A stretch of 64,000 nt of DNA, taken from IMG/VR virus record IMGVR_UViG_3300020419_001132. One strand, 5' to 3'. The DNA is from a virus. Lineage: Duplodnaviria > Caudoviricetes. Positions within the stretch are counted from its first letter, which is position 1. Every line of letters starts with the position of its first letter. The notes under the pieces were generated by a model. It made no database searches. It was not told where the DNA came from and saw only the letters and a list, made by a program, of their open reading frames with translations. Both the position numbers and the translations under genes were made by a program. Below, in pieces: positions 36,369 through 48,000 of the stretch.

Positions 36369-37966
36369 TGAGTAGAGCAGAACCAAACAGATCCACTAGG
36401 GGACTAAAACCTGCCTGGATGGAAGGACCTGGACCTTATATAGGAAGAATTACTAATCACTTAGATCCTACCAATATGGGAAGTCTTGAAGTTGAGATTT
36501 TAAAAACAACCGGATCGGGAAACGAAGCATCAGAAACTAGCAGTGGATATACAATACCCTGTGAATATGTAAGTCCTTTTTACGGTGTAACTCCTTATGA
36601 AGGAACTTCTGATAATAAAGGATTTGATTTTACACAACAAAGTTACGGTATGTGGGCTATTCCTCCTGATATAGGAGTTAAGGTAATAGTATTCTTTGCA
36701 CAAGGAAATTACGGCTTAGGATATTGGATGGGTTGTATTCAAGATAAAAACATGAATTTTATGTTGCCTGGTAATCCAAGCACAACATATAATAGTGAAA
36801 ACAAAAGCAAACCAAGACCAGTTGGAGAATATAATAAAAAAACAGAAACAGGTGCAGGAAAAGATGCAACACAATATGTAAAACCTTGTTGGGCAGATCA
36901 ATGTGCAGTCTTAGATAATCAAGGACTTGCAGATGATCATACTAGAGGTACAAATACTTCAAGTGCAAGACGCGAAGCACCTAGTATGGTTTTTGGAATT
37001 AGCACACCTGGTGCGTATGACCGTAGATCAGGAAAACCTAAAGTAAAATACGGCGAAAAATTTTCAGAGTCACAAGTTCCATTTAACAGACTGGGCGGCT
37101 CTAGTATTGTAATGGACGACGGAGATATGTCTTTACTAAGAAAAACTTTTGCAAGTCAGGGCGGAAGTGAATATGTAAATGTTGAAGCAGGTGAAAGTGG
37201 CGGAATGGCTACTGCTCCGCACAACGAATTTTTAAAATTAAAAACACGGACAGGACACCAAATACTTTTACACAATTCCGAGGATTTAATTTATATTTCT
37301 CATGGTAGCGGAAACAGTTGGATAGAGCTTACTGCTAACGGAAAAATTGATATTTACGCAAAAGATAGTGTTAGTATAAGATCTGAAAATGATTTAAATT
37401 TTAAAGCAGATAGAGATATAAATTTACAAGCTGGAAGAACTATTAATTTAAATGCAGTTGAAAACATCAATGAAACAGCTACAAAGAATATTGAAATAAA
37501 AGCAGGAGTAGATGGAAAAATAACCACAGCAGGAAATATAGAAATAAAATCTGGAGCAGATGGAAAAATAACAACTTCAGGTAAATTAGATATTGACACT
37601 CCTAAGACGCATGTGAATAATTTAGATGTAACAGGAAAAGCACTTGTTTCAGAGATGGTTAATACACCTATGGTACAAGCAGGCAATGTAAATGGTACTG
37701 CCGCAGGTGCATTTTGGCCAAATCCAGGTGCTTACCAACAATTAGGAGGATATGGTGCAAGTGCGCCAACTGCTCCGACTTCTGCTACTTCTGCTGTTGA
37801 TGCTAAGGTGCCACAAAGGATACCAAGTCATGAACCATGGGACGGACATGAAAATGTAGATCCTACTTTGCATACGCCTGATAAAACTGATAGTAGCACA
37901 GTAACTACACCAGGTAAAGGTACATCAGGAAAAGTAAGAGATACATTCAAGAAAACAATAGGTTAA
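36368..37966 (+). CDS. gp5: Baseplate central spike (gp5/VgrG-like)
   Basis: OB-fold YGMW..PPD.G..V.V.F, T..GH.I, WIEL...G.IDIY, beta-helix repeats, C-terminal PSHEPW..HE. Confidence 0.85.
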   Translation: MSRAEPNRSTRGLKPAWMEGPGPYIGRITNHLDPTNMGSLEVEILKTTGSGNEASETSSGYTIPCEYVSPFYGVTPYEGTSDNKGFDFTQQSYGMWAIPPDIGVKVIVFFAQGNYGLGYWMGCIQDKNMNFMLPGNPSTTYNSENKSKPRPVGEYNKKTETGAGKDATQYVKPCWADQCAVLDNQGLADDHTRGTNTSSARREAPSMVFGISTPGAYDRRSGKPKVKYGEKFSESQVPFNRLGGSSIVMDDGDMSLLRKTFASQGGSEYVNVEAGESGGMATAPHNEFLKLKTRTGHQILLHNSEDLIYISHGSGNSWIELTANGKIDIYAKDSVSIRSENDLNFKADRDINLQAGRTINLNAVENINETATKNIEIKAGVDGKITTAGNIEIKSGADGKITTSGKLDIDTPKTHVNNLDVTGKALVSEMVNTPMVQAGNVNGTAAGAFWPNPGAYQQLGGYGASAPTAPTSATSAVDAKVPQRIPSHEPWDGHENVDPTLHTPDKTDSSTVTTPGKGTSGKVRDTFKKTIG

Positions 37967-37973
37967 ATACAGT

Positions 37974-38426
37974 ATGAGTACAATTGAAAAAAAGCTATTT
38001 AAAGAAATTGAGGTTAAAGGGTCTCAACCCATTAATCCTTATGAGGCAGGCACCAAATATTATAGGGGAATAAGCACAGTAAATCCTGAAAATCCTAATC
38101 CTGTACTTTACGATCTAGCTTTAATAAAACAAGATATTATTAATCATTTTCATATTAGGCAAGGAGAAAAATTATCAGATCCTTCATTTGGAACTATTAT
38201 TTGGGATGCCTTATTTGAACCGCTTACAGATGGTATGAAAGATGCTATTACGCAAAATGTAACGAGAGTTGTAAGTGCAGACCCGAGGGTAAGAATTAAG
38301 TCAGTTATTGTAGATCAATTTGAGAGTGGTCTACAAGTTGAAATAAACTTAGAGTATTTGCCATATAATATAGAAGAAACTATGCGTTTAACATTTGACC
38401 AAAATGCTGGATACTTAGCTTCTTAA
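37974..38426 (+). CDS. gp25: Baseplate wedge subunit (gp25-like)
   Basis: LIKQDI.NHF.IRQGEK...P.FG..IW..LFE, DPRV. Confidence 0.9.
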   Translation: MSTIEKKLFKEIEVKGSQPINPYEAGTKYYRGISTVNPENPNPVLYDLALIKQDIINHFHIRQGEKLSDPSFGTIIWDALFEPLTDGMKDAITQNVTRVVSADPRVRIKSVIVDQFESGLQVEINLEYLPYNIEETMRLTFDQNAGYLAS

Positions 38427-38428
38427 AT

Positions 38429-38458
38429 ATATGCGTACTTAACTTCCTTCGATAAATA
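38429..38458 (+). promoter_or_regulatory. Late promoter with upstream element (ATATGCGTACTTAACTT ... TAAATA)
   Basis: 16/17 identity and identical spacing to the element at 24235. Confidence 0.7.
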
Positions 38459-38476
38459 TTAAAAAGGATACAAAGT

Positions 38477-41400
38477 ATGTCATCTACAGATAGACAAAAT
38501 AGATTGCTTGTTGCAGAAGATTGGAAACGTGTATACCAATCTTATCGTAATGCAGACTTCAAAAGCTATGATTTCGACAATTTACGTCGAACAATGATTA
38601 ATTATCTTAGGCAGAATTATCCTGAAGATTTTAACGATTATATTGAAAGTTCGGAATACCTAGCATTAATTGATTTAATTGCATTTTTAGGACAAAATAT
38701 AGCATTTAGAATGGACCTAAATGCTAGAGAAAATTATCTAGAACTAGCAGAACGCAGAGAAAGCGTATTACGTTTGGCTAGATTGTTAAGTTATAATCCA
38801 AAAAGAAATGTTCCTGCAAATGGCTTACTAAAAATTAGTAGTGTAAGCACAACCGAGGCTTTTGTAGATTCAAATAATATTAATTTACAAGATCAAACAA
38901 TTATATGGAATGACCCTTCTAATCCAAACTGGTATGAACAGTTTATAAAAGTCCTTAACAGATCAATGCCAGTAAATGCTACAGTAGGAAGACCTATCAA
39001 AAAAGAAACTATAGACGGTGTCCCTACAGAGATGTATAGAATTACTTCAAACAACGTAGATGTTCCTGCTTTTAGTTTTAATAAAACAATAGACGGAGCA
39101 ACTGCTCAATTTGAAATTGTATCAACAGATATTTCAAGTTCAGAAATATTTGAAGAAACACCACTTCCAGGAAATAGATTTGCTATAGCTTACAGAGAAG
39201 ATGGTAGAGGATCAGGAAGTGCTAATACAGGATTTTTTAGTCACTTTAGACAGGGAACTTTAGACAACGGTACATTTAGTGTTGTGAATCCTAGCACTAA
39301 TCAAACAGTATCTATTGATGCAACAAATATTAACAATAAAGATGTTTGGTTATACAAGTTAAACTCTGACGGAGCAGAAGATGAGCTATGGTCTAAAGTA
39401 GATGCTGTTGAAGGAAACAATGTAATCTATAATAGTTTATCTAAAAAAATTAGAAATATTTACAGCGTATTAACACGAGTAGATGATAGAATAAGTTTAA
39501 TTTTTTCAGATGGCGTATTTGGTAATTTACCGCAAGGAGATTTTAGAGCATATTTTAGAACTAGTAGAAATGCAAATATCGTTATTACTCCTCCTGACAT
39601 GAGAGGAGTTTCTATAGATATTAATTATGTTAGTAGAGTAGGAAAAATAGAAACTTTAACATTGGTTTACGAATTAAAATATACTGTAGACAATGCTAGT
39701 TCAACAGAATCTAGTGCAAATATAAAACAAAGAGCTCCTGCAACTTACTATACACAAAACAGATTAATTACAGCTGAAGACTACCAAATAGGACCGTTGT
39801 CAGTAAGTCAAGAAATTATTAAAACAAAAAGTGTTAATAGAACAACAAGCGGAATTTCAAGGTATTTTGATTTACTTGATGCTACTGGAAAATATAGTAA
39901 AACAAATTTATTTGGTGTAGACGGAATACTATATAAAGAAATATTAGATACTAAGGAAAAATTTACTTTTTCAACACAAACCGACATAGAGGGTGTTATT
40001 ATAAACACCATTCAACCTATCCTCGGCGGCAAAAAAATTAGAAACTATTATTCAAGTGAATTTCCAAAGATTGACACAGAAGACTTAAACATAAAATGGA
40101 ACCAAGTAACAAAAGATACAAATCTTACGACAGGGTATTTTACTAATATTAATGTTATAAAACAAACATTAGGAACATTTACTACTTCTCTTCTAAAACT
40201 TGTTAAAATAGGAGCAAGTATAAAATTCCAAGCACCGACAGGAAAACATTTTACTCCAGAAGGTACATTAAAAGATGGAGATGCAGATTACATAGGAGCA
40301 GTTACATACAAATGGGTAAAAATTGTTAATGTAAATGGTAATGGAACAGTAGACAATACAGACGGGTCAGGACCAGTATTAATAAACGATGTTATACCAA
40401 CAGATTCGTTAATGGTGGAGATAAAACCTAGCGTAACAAGTATATTACAAGACGATGTAAAAACACAAATTGTAGATCAAATTTTTGCTTATAAAACATT
40501 TGGCTTAAGATTTGATAGAGATTTAGGACAATGGCGTTTAGTCACAGAAAGTAACTTAAATGTTACTTCTGCATTTAGTATTGGTAAAACTGGAGATGTT
40601 ACAGGACAAAAACTAGATTCAAGCTGGTTGTTAAAATTTACAACTGACGGAGAAACTTACGATATAGATTATAGAGGATCAAGATATATATTCGAATCAG
40701 ACAAAGAAATAAGATTTTATTTTGATAGTAGCGATAAAATATACAATAACTTAACAGGAAAAATTGTTAAAGATAAAATTGTTATACTTAATAACAATAA
40801 TAAACCCGACAGCATTAGTAATTTTACTATAGATCATAATTGGGAAATTACAGAAGAGTATAGAGACTCAGTTGGGTATGTTAACAGTAAAAAAGTACAA
40901 ATAACATTTTTTGATAACGACGATGACGGCGTTGTAGATGATCCTCAAATTTTTGAAGAAGTAATTGCACCTTTGACTAATCCTACTAAAAAGTATATCT
41001 TTTTGAAAAAGTTTACTACTCCAGACGGTGTTACAGATTTCAATTATACAAGTAATTCTACACTTAGTATAGTCGTTTTACAAAACAAAACAGTACAAGG
41101 TGCATTAAGTTCTTATACTGACGGACAAATTTTTTATTATATTGATGAAGATATATTCGAAGTCTACAATAAAACTTCTGGATTGCTTTCTATTACAACT
41201 GATTACAAGGCGTATATAGGAAGAGATAATTTAAAGTTTCATTATGTGCATGCCGCAGATGATTCAACACGTATTGATCCTAGTTCAAGTAACTTTATCG
41301 ACACCTATGTACTTACTAGATCCTATGACACTAGCTTTAGACAATACTTAGATGGAACAGTCGTAGCAAAACCACTACCTCCGTCAAGTGATCAGTTGTT

Positions 41401-42046
41401 TACTAGTTATAGTACAAATATTAATAAAATTAAATCACTTACTGATGAAGTAGTATACCATCCTGTTAAGTATAGAATATTATTTGGAAGCAAAGCAGAA
41501 AGTAGTTTGCAGGCAAAATTTAAAGTTGTAAAAAATCCTGACGTTGTGTTAAACGATAATGATGTAAAATCCAGGATTATAGGTTTTATTAATCAATTTT
41601 TTGCTTTAGAGAATTGGGACTTTGGAGAAAAGTTTTACTTTTCAGAACTATCTACATATGTCATGCAAAGAATGGCACCAGATGTTGTAACTTTTTTAAT
41701 TGTGCCAAACGATGCAAGTCAGACTTTTGGTAGTTTATATGAAATAAAATCAGAAGTTGATGAGATTTTCATTAGTGGTGCAACTGTTAACGATTTAGAA
41801 ATTATCGATGCTGTAACTGCTAGTAGAATAGTTGCTGATGGCAATGTTGTAACAACTTCTTCAGGAGCAAATGTAGGCATACAAAGCTCTGCAAATACTA
41901 GCTCAACCTCAACATCAACTGGTACATCTACCTCAAGTAGCACTTCAACTAGTAGCTCAAGCAGTTCGAGCAGTAGTAGTGGCAACGGCGGCTCTGGTAG
42001 CAGTGGCGGCGGTGGTGGTGGTTCCAGCGGAGGATATGGTTACTAA
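38477..42046 (+). CDS. gp6: Baseplate wedge protein (gp6-like, 1189 aa)
   Basis: DF..YDFD.LR, DFNDYIESSE..ALID..A, E.YL..A.RRESV..LA..L.YNP, R..T..DY. Confidence 0.9.
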   Translation: MSSTDRQNRLLVAEDWKRVYQSYRNADFKSYDFDNLRRTMINYLRQNYPEDFNDYIESSEYLALIDLIAFLGQNIAFRMDLNARENYLELAERRESVLRLARLLSYNPKRNVPANGLLKISSVSTTEAFVDSNNINLQDQTIIWNDPSNPNWYEQFIKVLNRSMPVNATVGRPIKKETIDGVPTEMYRITSNNVDVPAFSFNKTIDGATAQFEIVSTDISSSEIFEETPLPGNRFAIAYREDGRGSGSANTGFFSHFRQGTLDNGTFSVVNPSTNQTVSIDATNINNKDVWLYKLNSDGAEDELWSKVDAVEGNNVIYNSLSKKIRNIYSVLTRVDDRISLIFSDGVFGNLPQGDFRAYFRTSRNANIVITPPDMRGVSIDINYVSRVGKIETLTLVYELKYTVDNASSTESSANIKQRAPATYYTQNRLITAEDYQIGPLSVSQEIIKTKSVNRTTSGISRYFDLLDATGKYSKTNLFGVDGILYKEILDTKEKFTFSTQTDIEGVIINTIQPILGGKKIRNYYSSEFPKIDTEDLNIKWNQVTKDTNLTTGYFTNINVIKQTLGTFTTSLLKLVKIGASIKFQAPTGKHFTPEGTLKDGDADYIGAVTYKWVKIVNVNGNGTVDNTDGSGPVLINDVIPTDSLMVEIKPSVTSILQDDVKTQIVDQIFAYKTFGLRFDRDLGQWRLVTESNLNVTSAFSIGKTGDVTGQKLDSSWLLKFTTDGETYDIDYRGSRYIFESDKEIRFYFDSSDKIYNNLTGKIVKDKIVILNNNNKPDSISNFTIDHNWEITEEYRDSVGYVNSKKVQITFFDNDDDGVVDDPQIFEEVIAPLTNPTKKYIFLKKFTTPDGVTDFNYTSNSTLSIVVLQNKTVQGALSSYTDGQIFYYIDEDIFEVYNKTSGLLSITTDYKAYIGRDNLKFHYVHAADDSTRIDPSSSNFIDTYVLTRSYDTSFRQYLDGTVVAKPLPPSSDQLFTSYSTNINKIKSLTDEVVYHPVKYRILFGSKAESSLQAKFKVVKNPDVVLNDNDVKSRIIGFINQFFALENWDFGEKFYFSELSTYVMQRMAPDVVTFLIVPNDASQTFGSLYEIKSEVDEIFISGATVNDLEIIDAVTASRIVADGNVVTTSSGANVGIQSSANTSSTSTSTGTSTSSSTSTSSSSSSSSSSGNGGSGSSGGGGGGSSGGYGY

Positions 42047-45000
42047 TGGCTTTCGAAAACAATCAACAGGAACCATCGCTTCCAGCAGGTGATAAAAATT
42101 ATAAAAGAAAGTCAGCGAATCATCTTCCAAAGTATTTTCGTACGGAGTTTAATAATAAATTCTTAAATGCAACACTTGACCAGATGTTGCAACCTGGAGT
42201 AGCAGAGAAACTTAATGTTTTTTATGGAAGAAAAAATGCAACAGCTTTTAGTAGCACTGATAATTATGTAGGAGACGTAAATCCGGAAAGAGAAAATTAT
42301 CAGCTTGAACCCGCAAGTGTTATTAAAGACGACTTAGGTAATGTAGATTTTTATGCAGATTATAACGATTATATTAATAAGTTAACAACATTATCAGGAG
42401 CAACAAGCAATCACAGTAGTATAAATGCACAGGAATATTATGCTTGGAACCCTCATATAGATTGGGATAAGTTTGTTAATTTTAGAGAATATTACTGGCT
42501 ACCAACAGGACCAGATAGTGTAAATGTATACGGACAATCCAAAGCTATACAAAGTACATATACTGTTGGACTTAGAATAGTAAACGGTGATCCAACTTAT
42601 TTGTTAACACCAGACGGCTTAACAAATAATCCTAGTTTAACTTTATATAGAGGACAAACATATATATTTGATGTAAATGCTCCTAGTTATCCTATTGCGT
42701 TTGCAACACAGCGGAGTTACACCCCAGGCAGATTACCAACAGATGGACAACAAAATACTTCATTAATTTATGACACCGGAGTTACAAAAGTTGATGCAGA
42801 CGGAAACGCAACAACTGAAACTTGGTTAGACGAAGGAACAATTACATTTACAGTTCCAGATACAGCGCCTGATACTTTGTATTATGTTTCTAAAGGTGAC
42901 GCAAATGTTGCTGGTACTATAAAAGTAAATGATATTATTGAAAATACAGAAATTGATATTGATAAAGAAATAATAGGAAAGAAAACTTACAAGACAGGTG
43001 GAGGATGGGATTTTTCAAACGGAATGAAAGTTCAGTTTGTAGGTAATGTTACTCCAGCAAAATACGCTACTGGTGAATGGTATGTTGAGGGAGTGGGTGA
43101 AGCAATTCAACTTATTAAACAAGAAGACCTAGCAGTTAGCGGATTATTCACACAAGATATAGAAGTTGCATTTGATGCCCAAGAATTTGATTTCTATCCA
43201 TTTAGTGAAGCATTAGGTTTTCCAAAGAATAAAGATTATATTATAATAAACAGAGGTAGTAAAGATGGAAACCTTTGGAGTAGATATAATAGATGGTTTC
43301 ATAAAGATGTAATAGAGAAGACTGCCACGTTAAATGGTCAAGTTAGTAATGTAGATCAGTCTACACGAGCTAGTAGGCCAATAATTGAATTTAACAAGGG
43401 ATTAAAATTATATAATTTTGGTACTGAGAGCAAGGAAAATATTAATTTAATTGATACTAAAACTGTAGATGCGTTTTCTTATATTGAAGGTACAACAGGT
43501 TATAATATTGATGGTGTAGATTTAACAGAGGGTATGAGAGTATTATTTACTGCTGACACTGACACATTAGTTAATGGCAGAATATTCAAAGTTAAGTTTA
43601 TTAAAATCAACAACTCTACACAAATATCTTTGATAGAAGAAACAGATTCTACACCGCAAGAAAATGAAACGGTATTAGTCACGCAAGGTAATATAAACAG
43701 AGGAAAATATTTTTATTATGACGGTACATCCTGGAAAGCAGGACAAGATAAGACAAGTGTTAATCAACAACCAATGTTTGATATGTTTAACTCTAGTGAT
43801 AAAGGATTTGCAGATTCGACAGCTTATGAATCTTCGTTATTTACTGGAAATAAGGTTTTTTCTTACACAGTAGGAACCGGAACAAACGATACCGAATTAG
43901 GATTTCCTTTAAGTTATCGCAGTATTACAAACTCAGGAGATATACTATTTTCGTTTAACTTATTGAATGAAACATTTACATATACATTAAACAACGCATT
44001 GTATAAAAAATCTGCAAGTACAGGATTTTTACGAAAGTATGAAGATAGGACTACCTATGTTTTACAGAACGGTTGGCAAAAAGCCGACAAAGATAGTACA
44101 CAAAATGTTATAAGACAGTATATTGCTACAGCAGATCAAACAGTATTTGCATTGGATATGTACGATAATATTTTGTTTATAAATGATGTATGGTTAAGAG
44201 TTTTTGTAAACAATACTTTACAAGTTATAGATCAGGATTTTACTATAACAAGTGATGCAAACGGAAGTAGTTTTATAACATTTGTTAAGAAATTAAAAGC
44301 AAATGATAATGTTATTATAAAAACTAGAAGTAAGTATGAAAAGAATGAAAACGGATATTATGAAATTGCAAGTAATTTAGAAAAGAATCCGTTAAACAAT
44401 GACATAAATCAATTTACGTTAGGAGAAGTTAATGATCACTTGCGTACAATAGTTGAAGAGTCAAACGAATTTTCAGGTGCGTATCCTGGAGTTAGTAATT
44501 TAAGAGACATAGGCGGCCTTACAAAGCTAGGTAAAAAGTTTTTGAAACATTCATCGCCAATTAATTTTTCTTTATATCATTTACTTGATAATAATGCAAA
44601 TATTATAAAGGCTATTTCAAGTGCAAGACTTGACTATAGTAAATTTAAAAGATTATTTTTAGAAACAGCAGATACTTTAGGATATGAAGGACCTGTTAGA
44701 GAACATGTAGATAAGATTATTGCAGAAGTAAACAAAGACAAAGTTAATTCTATGCCTTATTACTTTAGTGATATGATACCGCAGGGCGGGACAGTTGTTA
44801 ATTCTACAACCATTGAAGATACTGATCAAAAGTTTTTTGCTTTAAGTGCAGTATTCAGTATGAGTACACCTAGTACAAAAGCTGTGCAAATTTACAAAAA
44901 CGGATTGCAATTAACACATGGTGTAGATTACACATTTAACACAGACGGATTTGCTGTTATCACATGCACAAAACAATTAAATGATGTTATTGATATAATA

Positions 45001-48000
45001 GAGTATACTGATACTAACGGAAGTTACGTAGCACCAACTCCTACAAAGTTAGGACTATATCCTAGCTTTGTTCCTGAAATTTACATTGATACAACTGTAC
45101 AAAGTACACCTCCAGCCATTGCAACAGGTGCATATAAACTATATGGAATAGCAGGACCTGATCAAAACGGAGCAGGCAAACTTGGGTGGTATTATCCTCT
45201 GTACACAACACTAGCAGAAGCACAAACTAGAGATACAGAATTAGGTGGATCTGGACAAGCACATGTTCATACATTTACTGGATTGAACAGGCCATTTTAT
45301 ATGCCTAACACAGGAGCAGGCCATGGTTTACAAGATACTACGCAGTATGAAGAATGGGTTGAAGGAAGTGTTGTAATACAAGGACATGATGGAAGTAAAA
45401 CTGTTGCATACAAAGACTTTAGAGATAATTTATTATTAGAACTAGAAAGAAGAATTTTTAATAATTTAAAAGTTGCATATGACAAAAGTATTTTTGATAT
45501 AAACGATTACCAGAGTGGCTTGAATAGAAGTACAGGGATAACAAAAGTTTATCAAGATAATGCCTTGATAGCTGAATTTTTATCTTGGTCAAGACTCGTT
45601 GATCTTGAATATTCAAAACATACCTACTATGATAGGCAGAACAGATTTACTTTTAATTATAGCAGAACAAACTATCCTAATAACACATCTTTACCAGGAT
45701 GGTGGAGACAAGCATTTATCTATGCTTTTGATACAGACAGACCACACACACATCCATGGGAAATGTTAGGATTTTCTATAAAACCTACTTGGTGGGAAAC
45801 ACAGTACGGTAAAGCACCGTATACAAGGAATAACTTGTTGTTATGGGAAGACCTTGAAGGCGGAATAATTAGACAACCTAGTTATACTATAGATAAAAAA
45901 TATATTCGCCCTGGGTTAACTACGCATATACCAGTCGATCAAGATGGAAACTTACTAAGTCCAAACGATTGTGGACTAGCTTTAAATTTAAATATTGCAG
46001 ATGCAAGTGGTCCGTTTAACTTTGGAGATGGAGGACCAGTCGAGTCTGCTTGGAGAAGAAGTAGCGAATTTCCATTTGCACTTATAAGAAGTTTTATTTT
46101 AAACAAGCCTTCAAAAGCGTTTGCAACAGGTTTTGATAGAATAAGGCAAAAAAGGAATTTAGCTGATCAGATAATTTACGGAGATACAGAAAAGCAAGTA
46201 CAATTAAGCACATTAGTATTTCCAACTACTGTTGATGATACTACACAAGTATTTACAAGCGGATTTATAAATTATATTTACGATTATCAATTTAATTTAT
46301 CAAGAGAAAATATTGATGTTTACAAAAATAATCTTTCAAGATTAAGGAACCAAATTGGTTTTAAAATTGGAGGATTTACTGATAAAAATAAGTTTAAGTT
46401 AATATTAGATAGTAGAACTCCGCTGAATGAAGGAAACGTTTTTGTTCCAAATGAAAATTATAGTATATTTTTAAATAGTAGTTTTCCTACAAAAGAGATA
46501 AGTTACAGTGGTGTAATAGTTGAAAAATTTGCAGAGGGGTATTATGTAAAAGGTTATGATAACCAAAATCCAACTTTTAAATATTATCCTGTGCTTCCTA
46601 AGCAGGCCGATCCTGCAATAAATGTAGGAGGAGTTAGTGAACCTTTTGTTACATGGAGTGCTAACAAAACTTATGCTGTTGGAACAATAGTTAAGTCTGG
46701 TAGTGATTATTATAGATCTAAAGAAACACATACTAGCGGAACAGACTTTGATCTAGATAAATTTGTAGCAATACCTGAGTTGCCAGTAACAGGAGGTAGA
46801 TCAGCATATTTAAGAAGAAGCTTCTCTGATCAAATATCAATACTTAATTATGGAACACTATTTACAACAATCCAGGATGTAGTTGATTTCTTACTAGGAT
46901 ACGGCAATTATTTAGAAAGAATAGGATTTAGTTTTAGTTCTTTCAGAAACGAAACATATGAAGTTTCAGATTGGCAAACGTCTGTAAGAGAGTTCTTGTA
47001 TTGGACTACTCAAAACTGGGGAGAAGGTACAGTATTATCTTTAAGTCCTGGCGCAGGAAAAATTAATTTTAAAAGTGAATATGCAACTTCAGATAATGTG
47101 CTAGAACCATTTTACGGGTACAGTATATTCAAAGCAGACGGTAAAGTTTTAGAACCAACAAATTTAAAGTTTTCTAAAGATACTGAAAACAATTTCTCTG
47201 TAAGAACAATTAACACGGAAGATGGAATATATTCTATCAAGATTCCATTAGTAGTAAAAGAGCATGTTGTACTAATAGATAATACTACAGTATTTGGTGA
47301 TATAATTTACGATGTAGAGCCAGGATACAGACAGGAAAGAATAAAGGTATTAGGATACAGAACAGGAGACTGGAACGGTAGTTTAAATATTCCAGGATTT
47401 ATATATGATGATGCAAAGGTAACTTTATGGGAAGCCTGGAAAGATTATTCCATTGGCGATTTGGTCAAGTATAAAGAGTTTTACTACACAGCTAAAAACA
47501 AAGTTGCAGGAAATTCAACTTTTGTTAATGAGCAATGGGTAAGATTAGACGAGCAACCTGAAGCAGGACTATATGCTAACTTTGATTATAAAGTAAATCA
47601 GTTTGCAGATTTTTATGATTTAGATTCTGATAATTTTGATAGCGAACAACAGAAGTTGGCACAACATTTAATAGGATATCAGAAGAGGAAATATTTAGAA
47701 AATATTGTAAATGATGATGTAAGTCAGTACAAGTTTTATCAAGGATTTATTCAAGATAAAGGAACGAAAAATGCATTAACAAAATTATTTGATGCATTAT
47801 CAAGTGCTGACAAAGATAGCTTAGAATTTTATGAAGAATGGGGAATCAAAGATGGCCAATACGGAGCATCGGACGGGTTTGAAGAAGTTGAGTATCTTTT
47901 AGATGAAAGTAAATTTAGGCTTAGTCCACAACCTATATTACTAACCAATACAGTTACAGGAAAAGAAACAGATTTAATTTATAGAATTCAAGACTACGAA

